From a virus (Duplodnaviria; Caudoviricetes), in the IMG/VR virus record IMGVR_UViG_3300027996_003878: 64,000 nucleotides of DNA. One strand, given 5' to 3'. How positions within the stretch are numbered: position 1 is the stretch's first letter; every line of letters begins with the position of its first letter. A program made the position numbers and the translations under genes. The notes beneath the pieces were generated by a model. That model was given only the letters and a program-made list of their open reading frames with translations, did not search any database and was not told where the DNA came from. Positions 53,402 through 63,998 of the stretch are shown here, piece after piece.

Positions 53402-56400
53402 TACCTTGTCTCAATATTAACTACAACATCATTTGAAATTATATACTCATTTTCCTGAGCCTCTATGCTCAAGACAGATCCTTCTTGATTTGCTCTATTA
53501 AAATATATAACTCTAACTCTATCGACACCATTTACCGTGTATGCTGCATTAATAAGATCCGAGGAATCTATTATTGTGCCAAGCTCTTGTGCATTTAACG
53601 TTGATATAATAGCATCGCTTACATTCTGCTGAACAATCGCAGTTGAGTTAACAAATGCCTCTGTAACAACAACATTCATAGTTACGTCAACCGGCAACGG
53701 TGTAGCCGCCTTGACGAGCACATCAGCAGTTACCGGCCGTACACTTTCAACCGTCAATGTTGAGTCTGTTATCAGTCTATCACTATTATATCTAATTGAT
53801 ATTCTTTCATTTGCCTTTGGTGCAAGATAATCATAAATAGCTGTATATCGCGATCTTGCATTAGGCTGATTGAAATTTCTAACAACTAAAGATGCTGAAC
53901 TAGAAGAAGTACTAGTAAATCCGCTCGAAATAGCTATTGTATCAACAGTGACAAACTTTTTATTTGTTATTAAGGTGCCACCCTTGCTAAAATACACATT
54001 TTCACTATCAATTGATGTAGTGATATAAAATCTAGCCCTTAAGGCATTACCAGCCACAGGCGCATTTTCTAAATTATTGGGCGTAGAAGGCAGCTCAACC
54101 TCAGTGACACTTAATGATGTATCTGCAATAGACTCATCTAAAACAAGACTATTATCATTCAAAGAATAATTCTTTATATCATATTCATTTAGAACTTCTA
54201 ACACTTGCAAGTCAGAGCTTGCTTCTACCCGCTCCATCTTAACAAGTCTTGCAACTTTTACATTTGAAGGCACTTGCTCGACAGAGCTTAATCCCAAAAA
54301 CGATTTAATCGCACTAGATAAATTCTGCTTTAGACCGGAAAATGCAGTAGTAAAAACAACGTCAAAAACAGCTTGTATTGTCGTACCACTTGCAGTTATC
54401 ACGCCAGGCGAAATAGCTCCAGAAATTGTCATGCTTAAATTTGTTGGACCTTGTCTTAGATTTTTATAAATCCCACCTCCTAACAAAAATAAATTTGTAG
54501 AGGGTTGAGTTCCAACGCCAACGGCAGTTTCAGTATCAAATTCATTTTGAGAACGGATTGCTGGCAAATCTGATAGGGCCGTACCAGGCAAAACTGTATT
54601 AACATCCGCAATATAAGTGCATTCAACCAAGCGCCCGGCAACCGCACTAGCAGATGGAGTGATGCTAATTAAATTGGCATCAAAGCTACCCTCTACATCG
54701 CCATTAAATACATCTATAGCATTATAGACAACCGAAACCTGATCGCCTAAGCTAGCAATCGTATCACTTGGTAAAAATATTACAGAACCACTAAATGTCC
54801 CATCATTTGCAGTCGTATTCCACAGGTGACCGCCATTTTCACTTTTTGTGACACTAACAACATTAGAAACCGGCTCTGAAACAACCAAAGCCAACTCGCC
54901 ATTTATCAAGGTTACATCTACAACTTCCTCTGTAAAAACGTTTACAGAAATAACTGAGCTAACATTATGAGTGACTGTAGCTGTTAAAAAAGAACCCGAA
55001 GAAATTAATGTAGCTACTTCACGCCTAACTAAGTTAGACATGTCCCAATCTACACTATCTTGCACTGCTCTTGCGTTATTGCTAAATACAATATTGTCAA
55101 AATCAAAATAAGGATCATAGCTATAGATCCATGTATAATCAACCTGAAGAGTATCACTTACAGCTGGCAAAGTATTTCCTCTAATTTGAATTACTCCAGT
55201 GTTATTTACTGAACCTGAACCATCAGGATTTTGATTTGCTACTATGTATCTTTCACCTGTTGTTAAATTAAATACACGGGTTACGTTTTTAATTGGGAAA
55301 TGTGATAATTGTATTCGGGATCGATCTGAAGCAATTACTCTACTATTTTCATTTGAAACTGAAATATTTTGTACTGCACTACTTACTTCTAAAACATCAG
55401 AAAAAGCCAAAGGATCTTGTCCATTAAAAATACCTTTGGTCTTATCTTCAGTAAACCCAGAGATACGATCAGAAATCCAATGCAACTTATCAAAACCCCA
55501 AGGGCTTCCTGCATAAGCGCCTTGATCAAATATAATTTCATAATTTCCGCTTACACGACCCAACTCATCAACGGATTTTTCTACAAAATTAGAGCCACTT
55601 ATAGAGCCACTTACTTGAATAACATTATTCACCGGCTGGCTAGGTAAAATTCCAGTAGAAAGATTATCAATACGCTTTCTGGTTACAGTTTTATCTTCAT
55701 CACCAGGGACTTGACCTAATACAAAATCATTTTCGCTGTTTGTTGGATCGCCGGTATTACTTTGATCATTATAAATATAACTATCAGTCACTTCTTGCAA
55801 GCGTGTGCCGAAAACATAGATGTCAACTTTACCGCCAGTGCCATCTGATATAATTGTTCGTTGACCATCTTCCGCTACAAAAACTTGAGTTCCATCCCTG
55901 GTCATTAAGGGATTACCAGGGCCAATTACAAGAGCATCAATGACAGAAGGATCTCCTAAGACAGCGTTTTGATAACCCAGAGAAGTGCCTGTATTGGCGC
56001 CGCTAAATATACCTAAAACTCTATTCCTAAAGGTTGCATCATCTTCTACATCAGCGCCGCCGCTAAAAGGAGATGAGTTTGTTACAAAGTTAATTCCAGA
56101 TATATTTGTATTATTAAGTGAATAAGTTGAAATATTACCCTGCTGACCCGCAGATACCGCCTGAACTACAACTTCAACAGCAAGCTCATCTGTTGATCCT
56201 ATAAAATCTAAATCAGCTCTGTATTTAGAAGCTATCGCTCTGTATTGACTTTCAAAAGTAGGAGTAACAACAATTCCGTTTACAACTGAAAAACTTGAAC
56301 CATTTTTCGCAGTTACAATGTCTCCCTGAGATACTGCTATAGAAGTACTCAAATTTGAGAATGTCATAATAGCAATGCCGCCAGCTTGATTTCCATTTTG

Positions 56401-56640
56401 CCTAGTAGCGCCAAAATTCTGAGCAAGTTTATCTAAATCAGAGCCTACAGCCAATCGCAATGACTGCAAGGACGAAACATTAGCAATTTCGTCATACAAG
56501 CGGGACAATTGAGCAGATGGCCCATCAATTACAACATCACGAACTACAGTACCAGGCTTTGTGTCTAATAAGGGCTGAGCTGTACGAATAAAATCAATCA
56601 AACTCAAAATAATATCATTTGTACTTCTCGTTCTGACCAT
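53401..56640 (-). CDS. Baseplate J-like wedge protein (gp6-like) with a large insertion
   Basis: DTKPGTVVRD, GSDLDKLAQNFGATR, GGADVEDDATFRNR, GRLGT-like GGKVDIYV, and a C-terminal GVDRV domain. Confidence 0.85.
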   Translation of the reverse strand: MVRTRSTNDIILSLIDFIRTAQPLLDTKPGTVVRDVVIDGPSAQLSRLYDEIANVSSLQSLRLAVGSDLDKLAQNFGATRQNGNQAGGIAIMTFSNLSTSIAVSQGDIVTAKNGSSFSVVNGIVVTPTFESQYRAIASKYRADLDFIGSTDELAVEVVVQAVSAGQQGNISTYSLNNTNISGINFVTNSSPFSGGADVEDDATFRNRVLGIFSGANTGTSLGYQNAVLGDPSVIDALVIGPGNPLMTRDGTQVFVAEDGQRTIISDGTGGKVDIYVFGTRLQEVTDSYIYNDQSNTGDPTNSENDFVLGQVPGDEDKTVTRKRIDNLSTGILPSQPVNNVIQVSGSISGSNFVEKSVDELGRVSGNYEIIFDQGAYAGSPWGFDKLHWISDRISGFTEDKTKGIFNGQDPLAFSDVLEVSSAVQNISVSNENSRVIASDRSRIQLSHFPIKNVTRVFNLTTGERYIVANQNPDGSGSVNNTGVIQIRGNTLPAVSDTLQVDYTWIYSYDPYFDFDNIVFSNNARAVQDSVDWDMSNLVRREVATLISSGSFLTATVTHNVSSVISVNVFTEEVVDVTLINGELALVVSEPVSNVVSVTKSENGGHLWNTTANDGTFSGSVIFLPSDTIASLGDQVSVVYNAIDVFNGDVEGSFDANLISITPSASAVAGRLVECTYIADVNTVLPGTALSDLPAIRSQNEFDTETAVGVGTQPSTNLFLLGGGIYKNLRQGPTNLSMTISGAISPGVITASGTTIQAVFDVVFTTAFSGLKQNLSSAIKSFLGLSSVEQVPSNVKVARLVKMERVEASSDLQVLEVLNEYDIKNYSLNDNSLVLDESIADTSLSVTEVELPSTPNNLENAPVAGNALRARFYITTSIDSENVYFSKGGTLITNKKFVTVDTIAISSGFTSTSSSSASLVVRNFNQPNARSRYTAIYDYLAPKANERISIRYNSDRLITDSTLTVESVRPVTADVLVKAATPLPVDVTMNVVVTEAFVNSTAIVQQNVSDAIISTLNAQELGTIIDSSDLINAAYTVNGVDRVRVIYFNRANQEGSVLSIEAQENEYIISNDVVVNIETR

Positions 56641-56729
56641 AATCTAACCTGCAATACCTTTATTAATAAAGTTTATACTTACCTGCCCGCCACCTATATA
56701 AATAAATATATATAGAACAGAATAACCAA

Positions 56730-57158
56730 TCAAATGTTCTTCATATTAAATCCCGTTGTCACAGGCGTGAAAGATCTGGTTAATACCTTTATTATCACTT
56801 GGAAAAAACGAGGGTCTGTTTGATTTCTAGTAATGATAACGTCTTTAACAGCGGCTAAAAGCTCCTCTGCGGACGTCAATTGTGTCTGAGACTGAGCCTC
56901 CTGCAACTGCTTTAAGGTCTCTAGTGAGTTTCTTAATTGTGAAGAAGCTATTGTAGTCAAGAAATCTATATCAAGAGAACTTCCCACCAAAGATCTGGAA
57001 ATTGGAGAGCCATACCAGGGATGAAATTGATTACTGCCACTTGCCGTAGTAATCAGCTTCAAAATATCTTGAATCAACTTATCCTTATCTTCGGCTTTTT
57101 TTATATCTCCATTCTCAATTACAATATCACCTTGCTCCACTTTAAAATCAAATGACAT
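56730..57158 (-). CDS. Baseplate gp25/GPW-like protein
   Basis: KLIQDILKLITTASGSNQFHPWYGS. Located directly upstream of baseplate J. Confidence 0.85.
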   Translation of the reverse strand: MSFDFKVEQGDIVIENGDIKKAEDKDKLIQDILKLITTASGSNQFHPWYGSPISRSLVGSSLDIDFLTTIASSQLRNSLETLKQLQEAQSQTQLTSAEELLAAVKDVIITRNQTDPRFFQVIIKVLTRSFTPVTTGFNMKNI

Positions 57159-57225
57159 TTTTACCTTTTAAGCTTAATTAGTTGTTTTATTTATACATAA
57201 TTAAGCGTATAAAGATCGCTACTAA

Positions 57226-58914
57226 TTAAGAATTGACGGTCGCAACAGGCTGATATTTAATGCCTTCCCGTTTATACAGTGTTTCCGTAAAGGACAGGGC
57301 AAGTGATAAGCTTTTTTCAATTTCAGACAAACACTCCCGCACAGAGGGTCGTGAGCCTTGCTTTTGCGCTTCAACTTCATTATTTACAAGAAGAGGATTG
57401 TTTGAAATTAATCTTTGTAAAGAAGAATCATCTAAAAGCCCAATTAGGAACCGTATATCCACTGACCATAATGCAAAATAAATACAAAAAATATCAACCA
57501 AACCCAGTCCCGAAGTCTCGCCAGTTATTAGCTCTATATTAGCCATGGCATTGTGACCACGTATGGCGAATTTTTGCTGATCCCTCTCTTCTTTTTTGAG
57601 ATCTTTGGTTATTTTTTTAACTGACTCGCCATTTGCAAAAGATGACTTCAACCCTGGTATGGCAAAATCACCTAAATCATTATAATCATTAACTGTTGCT
57701 TCTGCTAAATTTAAATTTAATTTTAAATTTAAAATTCTACGAGCAATCTCATTTGTTCTAGTTAAGTTCTGAGTCCATAACGTGCAACCCTGCCTTGACC
57801 CAAACTGCGGTCCATTTGCTGCCGGCTGAGGCACCCAACTAATTTTGTCAATTGACTTTTCCACATCCTGTTGTGCTTCTACTAGTTTTTTTATCACTAC
57901 CTTTAAAAGTTTTATTAAGCTCGCTAAGTATCTAAACTCAAGACTAGTAATATTTTCTAAAAAGAACTTATCTTGATTTTCTAAATCATTTCCTTCACTT
58001 AAAGCCCTTATTGTGTCTTTAAATAAATTTATATCTTCTGAGTTTACAGGCGCCTCCCTTGAGTCATTTTGTATGATAGCTATAGCGTTTCTATAAAAGA
58101 ATGGATTTTCAGATACTGATTGCAAGCGTTCCCGCAATATAAATTCAATACCAGGACGTAAACAAAACTTATCAGGACTGTTTGAGATCTTTGTTAGCTG
58201 CTTTGTAGATAAAAATGGTATACATACACGCAGTTCGGCGGGCTCCACGTTATCTGCAATGAAAGGATCTACAACAAGAGGCCTTAAAAGATGGTTGCCG
58301 CTTACAACGTTTTGATTTAAGTTAGCAGCGAGTAAAGTTACTTGCTCTGGCTTATAATTACTTACTTTTGTTTGAGGGTTTATTTCAAAAAATTCTTCTA
58401 AATATTCTTTTCTTTTAACATCTTTAAAATCTTGCTTATCAAAATCAAGCGGGCCTAACGAAGTATCAAATGAAGCAAATTGAACAAACGGTGACTTGCA
58501 AAATAAATAAGTATAGATGGCTGCATTAAAAGATCTACCGCGATAAAAAGTATCAATCTCACTAGCCCTTTGTTCTCGTAGAGATGATAAATTTCCAGCG
58601 GGAGAGCCCTTAAAGCTTTCATTAGTAGTTTTTATTTTGTCTTCAATAGGGAGCTTAAAGCCCGTGTTGTAAAAAGAACTGCCTTTTGCATCTACAACAG
58701 GAAAACCCAACATTCTATAGAACGCATGACAACGACTTTCTGTAAAACTAGAAGTATTTACCTGACTTTCACCTTTTACCTCAGAATCACTCCGCCTCTT
58801 AAGGCTTCGTATATTATCAATAGGAGTAATAAATCTTCTGGCTAAAGCGCTAATATCGCTCTCAATTTTTTGAAGATTTTCCTCTGAAAATATTCTTTTT
58901 GGTTTACGTGCCAA
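57226..58914 (-). CDS. Hypothetical tail/baseplate-module protein
   Basis: 562 aa, helical, in the baseplate operon. Confidence 0.6.
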   Translation of the reverse strand: MARKPKRIFSEENLQKIESDISALARRFITPIDNIRSLKRRSDSEVKGESQVNTSSFTESRCHAFYRMLGFPVVDAKGSSFYNTGFKLPIEDKIKTTNESFKGSPAGNLSSLREQRASEIDTFYRGRSFNAAIYTYLFCKSPFVQFASFDTSLGPLDFDKQDFKDVKRKEYLEEFFEINPQTKVSNYKPEQVTLLAANLNQNVVSGNHLLRPLVVDPFIADNVEPAELRVCIPFLSTKQLTKISNSPDKFCLRPGIEFILRERLQSVSENPFFYRNAIAIIQNDSREAPVNSEDINLFKDTIRALSEGNDLENQDKFFLENITSLEFRYLASLIKLLKVVIKKLVEAQQDVEKSIDKISWVPQPAANGPQFGSRQGCTLWTQNLTRTNEIARRILNLKLNLNLAEATVNDYNDLGDFAIPGLKSSFANGESVKKITKDLKKEERDQQKFAIRGHNAMANIELITGETSGLGLVDIFCIYFALWSVDIRFLIGLLDDSSLQRLISNNPLLVNNEVEAQKQGSRPSVRECLSEIEKSLSLALSFTETLYKREGIKYQPVATVNS

Positions 58915-58916
58915 AA

Positions 58917-61028
58917 TTAGCTCCCATCATTGGCTACATCAGTTGCATCGCGACGCGGCGCAGGTACGCCCAAATCATCAACAAAGTTATAAGCTAAAGA
59001 AAGCTCATTGATTACAGCGGGATTATCGTCATCACCAATTATAACTTCACTCAAAACTTTGTTATCATAAAGCACGCTCAGAACACCGCTACCAGGGTTA
59101 ACGCTCGATATAGACGCATTGTATGAGGTATAGCCATCATACTCAAAGTCTGATATATCGCCCAATGTGACTTCTCCCTTTAATTTTTTTGCGACCTCAC
59201 TTGCGCAAGATTCAAGCACGTTCTCTGAGACTGAAGCTTCTGTAGGGCCATTTAATACAACTGTGACTTTTATTTCTCTAGTTGTAAATTGAACATCAGT
59301 GTCAAGTGCAACTGTGCTTTTAAACTGACTTACGCCCTTTTGTACAGCCCCACAATAAGCAGCTTTAGTCTGATCTAAAAGATCCCCCGCACACAATTCG
59401 AATTTAGCTTGAAACTCAGCGGTACCTGTCTCAGATACATCTCCTTGAAATTTTTCTAAAGCATCTGTAATACATTCTAATGCACAATTTATATTTGGCA
59501 AAAATCCAGATGATGGGCAAAAGACACCATCAGGCGTTGGGTCTAATCTTTGATCTATAGGATCAATTCCTTCAGCTATTATCACAGCGTTAGTCACAGC
59601 CTTTTCCGCACTAACCTCAGGAATACAGCCAACTGTAATTAAATTATACTCAACAAGAGCACCGTGATTTGGCTTTAACACATACTCAACGCTTGAGATT
59701 TGATAACCATCAGGATAAGGAGGTGGCGATGAAGTATTTATCGGGTTTTGATGAATAAAATCATTTAATGTTGCCTGGGAGCCATTTACAATGTAAGGAG
59801 TTGTATTATCGTCTTCAAACACAAGCCCACCTTCAATGTTCAAGGTGCCAGTATCAGGAACCGGATCTAAATTGTTATCTTTATCAAGAACTCCAATGTA
59901 TGGCTTTCTAACAACAATACAATCGTTAACCCTCATAAACCTAGTACCACCAAAGTCCAGAGGGTTAAAAATAGCCGGATTTAACTGTAATCGAATATCA
60001 ACTAGATAAGGCGCTTTATTGAGAGGCGTGTCAGCTTCAAATGATAGCTCTGGATAGAATATTTTACCGAAAATATTAGCCGGGGTGATAATGTCTCTAA
60101 ACGGGTACGGCTGAACAACAGGATCAACAAGCTGCCACCTCTCGACTCTCAAAGGGGCAAGATTTAATCCAAGAGTATTAAGAGGCGGTGGAAAAGATGA
60201 CTGATCAGCCGCAACTTCACTATAATAAATAAGTTCACCACTATCCGCACTAATTCCACTTGGATTGTCCTTGATGAAATCAGGACAATTCTCTGAATTA
60301 CAGCAGGGACTATTTCCGTCACTATCATCACAAATCGCTGCGCCAGCAAAAGCAGCTAATGATTCAATCACCGCAAAAATCGCCTGAATTGCAATCAAAA
60401 TTGCCAAAAAATTCTGAATCAAACAAAACAAAGATGCTAATTTATTTGCAACTGCTAAAGATGCATCAGCATTCTCATATTGCACCGCTTTAGCAAGATC
60501 TATAAGCTCTTTAAGCATATCCGCAAGCAGCTTTAAAATAACTTCAATAATGTAAGTAACTATAGCTATAATCAAAAGAAGCAAAGCTATTAGCATTTGT
60601 ATTAATGCCAACCACGGGAAAATAGCTAAAAACGGCGGCAGACACTCCATAAACAATCGCTTCAAAGCCGCAGCTATTGCAAAAGGATTCGGTATCGCAC
60701 ACAGCACCTCAATGATACAGCCAAATAAATTAAGCGCCGCCATTATAAAGTTATAAAACGACAAGAATGGCTGAATGGCTGAAAGAATGCTAGATATAAT
60801 ATCGTATTTACTTTTAAAGTTGGTATCAATTGTAGCTTTAAAAGTTCCACTAGGAAATACAGCCTGAACCTGCTCGATAAGTTCAAATAAATTTTCCAAC
60901 AATTCAGTTGGCAGCTCTAAACCAGGTATTGGTATATTGAATGGAGCTGTAGCTATCCCTAAGCCAGGAATAGAAACGCCTGGAAAGTTAGGAGGGTTAA
61001 GAGTTAAATCTGAAGGCTGACAGGGCAT
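58917..61028 (-). CDS. Tail-module protein with a long hydrophobic helical region, a Cys cluster and an Ig-like C-terminus
   Basis: FLAIFPWLALIQMLIALLLLIIAIVTYIIEVIL, CCNSENC, and a beta-rich C-terminus. Confidence 0.6.
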   Translation of the reverse strand: MPCQPSDLTLNPPNFPGVSIPGLGIATAPFNIPIPGLELPTELLENLFELIEQVQAVFPSGTFKATIDTNFKSKYDIISSILSAIQPFLSFYNFIMAALNLFGCIIEVLCAIPNPFAIAAALKRLFMECLPPFLAIFPWLALIQMLIALLLLIIAIVTYIIEVILKLLADMLKELIDLAKAVQYENADASLAVANKLASLFCLIQNFLAILIAIQAIFAVIESLAAFAGAAICDDSDGNSPCCNSENCPDFIKDNPSGISADSGELIYYSEVAADQSSFPPPLNTLGLNLAPLRVERWQLVDPVVQPYPFRDIITPANIFGKIFYPELSFEADTPLNKAPYLVDIRLQLNPAIFNPLDFGGTRFMRVNDCIVVRKPYIGVLDKDNNLDPVPDTGTLNIEGGLVFEDDNTTPYIVNGSQATLNDFIHQNPINTSSPPPYPDGYQISSVEYVLKPNHGALVEYNLITVGCIPEVSAEKAVTNAVIIAEGIDPIDQRLDPTPDGVFCPSSGFLPNINCALECITDALEKFQGDVSETGTAEFQAKFELCAGDLLDQTKAAYCGAVQKGVSQFKSTVALDTDVQFTTREIKVTVVLNGPTEASVSENVLESCASEVAKKLKGEVTLGDISDFEYDGYTSYNASISSVNPGSGVLSVLYDNKVLSEVIIGDDDNPAVINELSLAYNFVDDLGVPAPRRDATDVANDGS

Positions 61029-61056
61029 GATCTTAATTTGCTAAAACAATTACTTA

Positions 61057-63267
61057 TTACGTAATTGGAGTTGTATTTCTTAATATCGGTCTAGTCGTAG
61101 AACTATCAGTCTCCTTGTAAACGCGAACGATAGGTGCATCTAATAATATATCAGACTCAGAGTGGAATACCATATTTCCACCACTAGAAAATCTCATTTG
61201 ACCAGGCGTAACTATATCTATACCTCCTGAATAAATTCTTAATATAGACATTACACCTGCATTGTTCAAAACTCTTATTTCAAATGCACCATTCCTAAAA
61301 GCAGAATTTTCTAATGAAAAACGACTATCGCTAGAAGAATCTAATCCAACGCCCCCAACCTGAAGCAAGACATCTCCATCAAAAGAAGCTGCGTAACTAA
61401 CTCCCTGCTTATCTCTACCAACGTTTCCGACAATCCCACCCGCATAATCAAACCAAACAGATTGACGATCTACAGTATTTGCTCCAACGTTAATATTAAC
61501 CATACCATCCAAATTAATAGTGCCACTGCGACCACCAGAATTGGCCTCCTCTCCAGATACAGTTAATTCTTTAGATACAATGAATTCAAATTCTTTTGCA
61601 TCAAAGTTCAAAGCACTATCTTCATCATACGGAACTAATTTTTTGAAATCAATTCCTGGAGACTCTGGAGCAGTCTCTCGATATGATTTAGCGGGCTGAT
61701 ATTCAGATATTGTATTAGAAATGTCATGATAAACAGTCCCTAGTTTTATTCGTTTTTCAGAAAATCGATCCAATGGACTAACAAAATCTTTAAGAGAACT
61801 GTCGCCAGACTTTAACTTGACTCCAGATTCATTATCGTCAGCTTTGTAGTTCGCAAAATTTTCAATTAAAATGTCTTTAAAATCATCACTAATAACAAAA
61901 GAGTTTGGCTTAACGCTACCATCCGTCTCATTTGCAGCCTCTACATTTGAAAAATTCTCATACCGAGTGAGCAATCCAACATTTCCAACTTCACTCGATG
62001 CAGGAACATTTAATTTAAACTGCCCTTCTTTATCAATATCTAGGAAAAATCTGCTTCTACTTCTGGCATAATTGTTTTTTAAATTTACATCTGGAGCATC
62101 AACGATTTTATATTTATCACCTTCAACTTCTGGGTAGCTGCTTGATTTAGACGGATCAAGCTCAAACCCTTTTCTAGAATTTATTTCAAAATGATAAGCT
62201 AACGATTTTCTTAGTTGAGAGCGTATCTTTGCAAATGAATTTGGTATATCTGAGCTTTCATTAAACCCAAATCCCTCAGCGGCTCCCACTGGTAATACAT
62301 CTCGATTAAGATCTAGAACATTTCCCGCTGAATCAGATACAGTGCCATATATTTTTTCTATTAAATTGTTTGGCCTCTCTAAACTTAGGCTTAACGTATC
62401 TGCTCGAATATTTTCTCTATTGTCTATAATTTTAGGAGTATTAGACCCCTTGTACGCCTCAAACTCTACTCTATCTGAACGTACATTGAATTCTTGACTA
62501 CACTCATAAAAAACTTTTCTAGATTCTGTAAGCGGTGGATTTCTGACGCGATCAATTAATCCAATATTTTTTGTATTCTCGCTAGCACCGCCAAGCCACG
62601 AAACTCCAAATTTAGGATCAATACCAATAGAATCCAATTGTCGCTCGTATGATTGAGTATCTAATAACGAGTAAAGAAGCTCTCTATCAATAACATCGTG
62701 CTTGTCTCTATGAATTTGGCCTTCCATAGATCGAGCAGCATCCGTAAATGATAAAGATGTAGAAAAATTATCACTAATTATACTGCCATTTGTTATTCCG
62801 AACTCTTTTGTATTAATGTGCAAAACATCTTTGGTTGGCCCTTTTCCAATTCGAATACCACCGTCGCCGGCCTCGCCGCTTGGAGCTAGCTGTATAGCAT
62901 TTTCCTCATCGGCCTGAACTAAAGCAGTGCCTGGCTCCAGTCTAGACATCTTGGTTAGCCCAGTAGTGCCATCTACATCAGTAAATGCATCATCCGTAGG
63001 CAAGTAAGCTACAATATGCCATTCGCCTAAACTTTGGCGACACAAAACATTACTACCTTCAGCCGGATACCCCCCTATAAACTGAGAAGACTCACCAGGC
63101 CCGGCCCAAGCTAACGGTATTTTGGCAGTGTACGATTGTTCTTGATGATCCGTTGTAACATCTAATAGCCGTATCCTTACGTTACCATCATCAAAATATT
63201 CAGTTATTTGAGCCTTACGTAAAGCCGCTTCTGGCGCCCCAAATTGAGCTATATCATCATATGCCAT
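61057..63267 (-). CDS. Baseplate central spike (gp5/gpV-like), OB-fold N-terminus with a large insertion
   Basis: AQITEYFDDGNVRIRL..IPLAWAG..GGYPAEGSNVLC..WHIVAY OB-fold pattern. C-terminal short beta-repeats. Confidence 0.65.
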   Translation of the reverse strand: MAYDDIAQFGAPEAALRKAQITEYFDDGNVRIRLLDVTTDHQEQSYTAKIPLAWAGPGESSQFIGGYPAEGSNVLCRQSLGEWHIVAYLPTDDAFTDVDGTTGLTKMSRLEPGTALVQADEENAIQLAPSGEAGDGGIRIGKGPTKDVLHINTKEFGITNGSIISDNFSTSLSFTDAARSMEGQIHRDKHDVIDRELLYSLLDTQSYERQLDSIGIDPKFGVSWLGGASENTKNIGLIDRVRNPPLTESRKVFYECSQEFNVRSDRVEFEAYKGSNTPKIIDNRENIRADTLSLSLERPNNLIEKIYGTVSDSAGNVLDLNRDVLPVGAAEGFGFNESSDIPNSFAKIRSQLRKSLAYHFEINSRKGFELDPSKSSSYPEVEGDKYKIVDAPDVNLKNNYARSRSRFFLDIDKEGQFKLNVPASSEVGNVGLLTRYENFSNVEAANETDGSVKPNSFVISDDFKDILIENFANYKADDNESGVKLKSGDSSLKDFVSPLDRFSEKRIKLGTVYHDISNTISEYQPAKSYRETAPESPGIDFKKLVPYDEDSALNFDAKEFEFIVSKELTVSGEEANSGGRSGTINLDGMVNINVGANTVDRQSVWFDYAGGIVGNVGRDKQGVSYAASFDGDVLLQVGGVGLDSSSDSRFSLENSAFRNGAFEIRVLNNAGVMSILRIYSGGIDIVTPGQMRFSSGGNMVFHSESDILLDAPIVRVYKETDSSTTRPILRNTTPIT

Positions 63268-63275
63268 AAATTACC

Positions 63276-63998
63276 CTAACTGATACTAGAACCAACGTCA
63301 TCAATACTCTGGGGAAGCGAAGACTGAATATCTGAAATTTGTGATTTGACAAACTGCTTTTTCAATTTATCATATTTTTCATTAATCTTATTTTGATCTT
63401 CACTTATACTGCTAGAAGGCTGAATAATTCCCGGAGGCTGCTCTACAAATCTAATCCAAACATCAAGAACAACGTTGAAAAAAGCCTCTTTCCCAGGCTT
63501 ACCAAGCGCCCCCGGCCCCTCTGAAGAATCAACCGCACCACCTATGTAGTTTAAGTAATAATCTGTAAATAAATCCCAGGCCCTTTGAGATGGCGAAGGA
63601 GTGACGTCTCCATCTTTACCATCCTCATCCAAATTAACAAGCCTTATAGTTGGACTATCTTTCGACACAACAAACTCCGGCTTATCGATTGCCGGCAAAA
63701 GAACATTACCATCATCAAGGGCCACTTGAGATGGATTTGTAAGCCACCCTATAACTGCATTAGCTGCATTTAAAATAGAGACCCTTGGAGAGATATCATT
63801 AGTCTTGTAATGTCTTATTTCCAATATCATCCTTCTACCTGTAGTGCTTGAAGATGTGTATCCAGCAAGGGCAATCGCAATATTTTTTAACACATCTATA
63901 TTCTGCTTTGCAAAAGTACCAGTTACTAGCGCCTTCAAGGCACTTGCGCCCGTTGGAAACCCAACACTATCAACAAGCAGCGCTCCAACTGAAAGCGA
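63276..63998 (-). CDS. Hypothetical tail-module protein, 5'-truncated at the window edge
   Basis: The frame is open from the ORF-track TTG at 63938 to the window end (SLSVGALLVDSVGFPTGASA-LKALV). Confidence 0.7.
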   Translation of the reverse strand, partial: SLSVGALLVDSVGFPTGASALKALVTGTFAKQNIDVLKNIAIALAGYTSSSTTGRRMILEIRHYKTNDISPRVSILNAANAVIGWLTNPSQVALDDGNVLLPAIDKPEFVVSKDSPTIRLVNLDEDGKDGDVTPSPSQRAWDLFTDYYLNYIGGAVDSSEGPGALGKPGKEAFFNVVLDVWIRFVEQPPGIIQPSSSISEDQNKINEKYDKLKKQFVKSQISDIQSSLPQSIDDVGSSIS

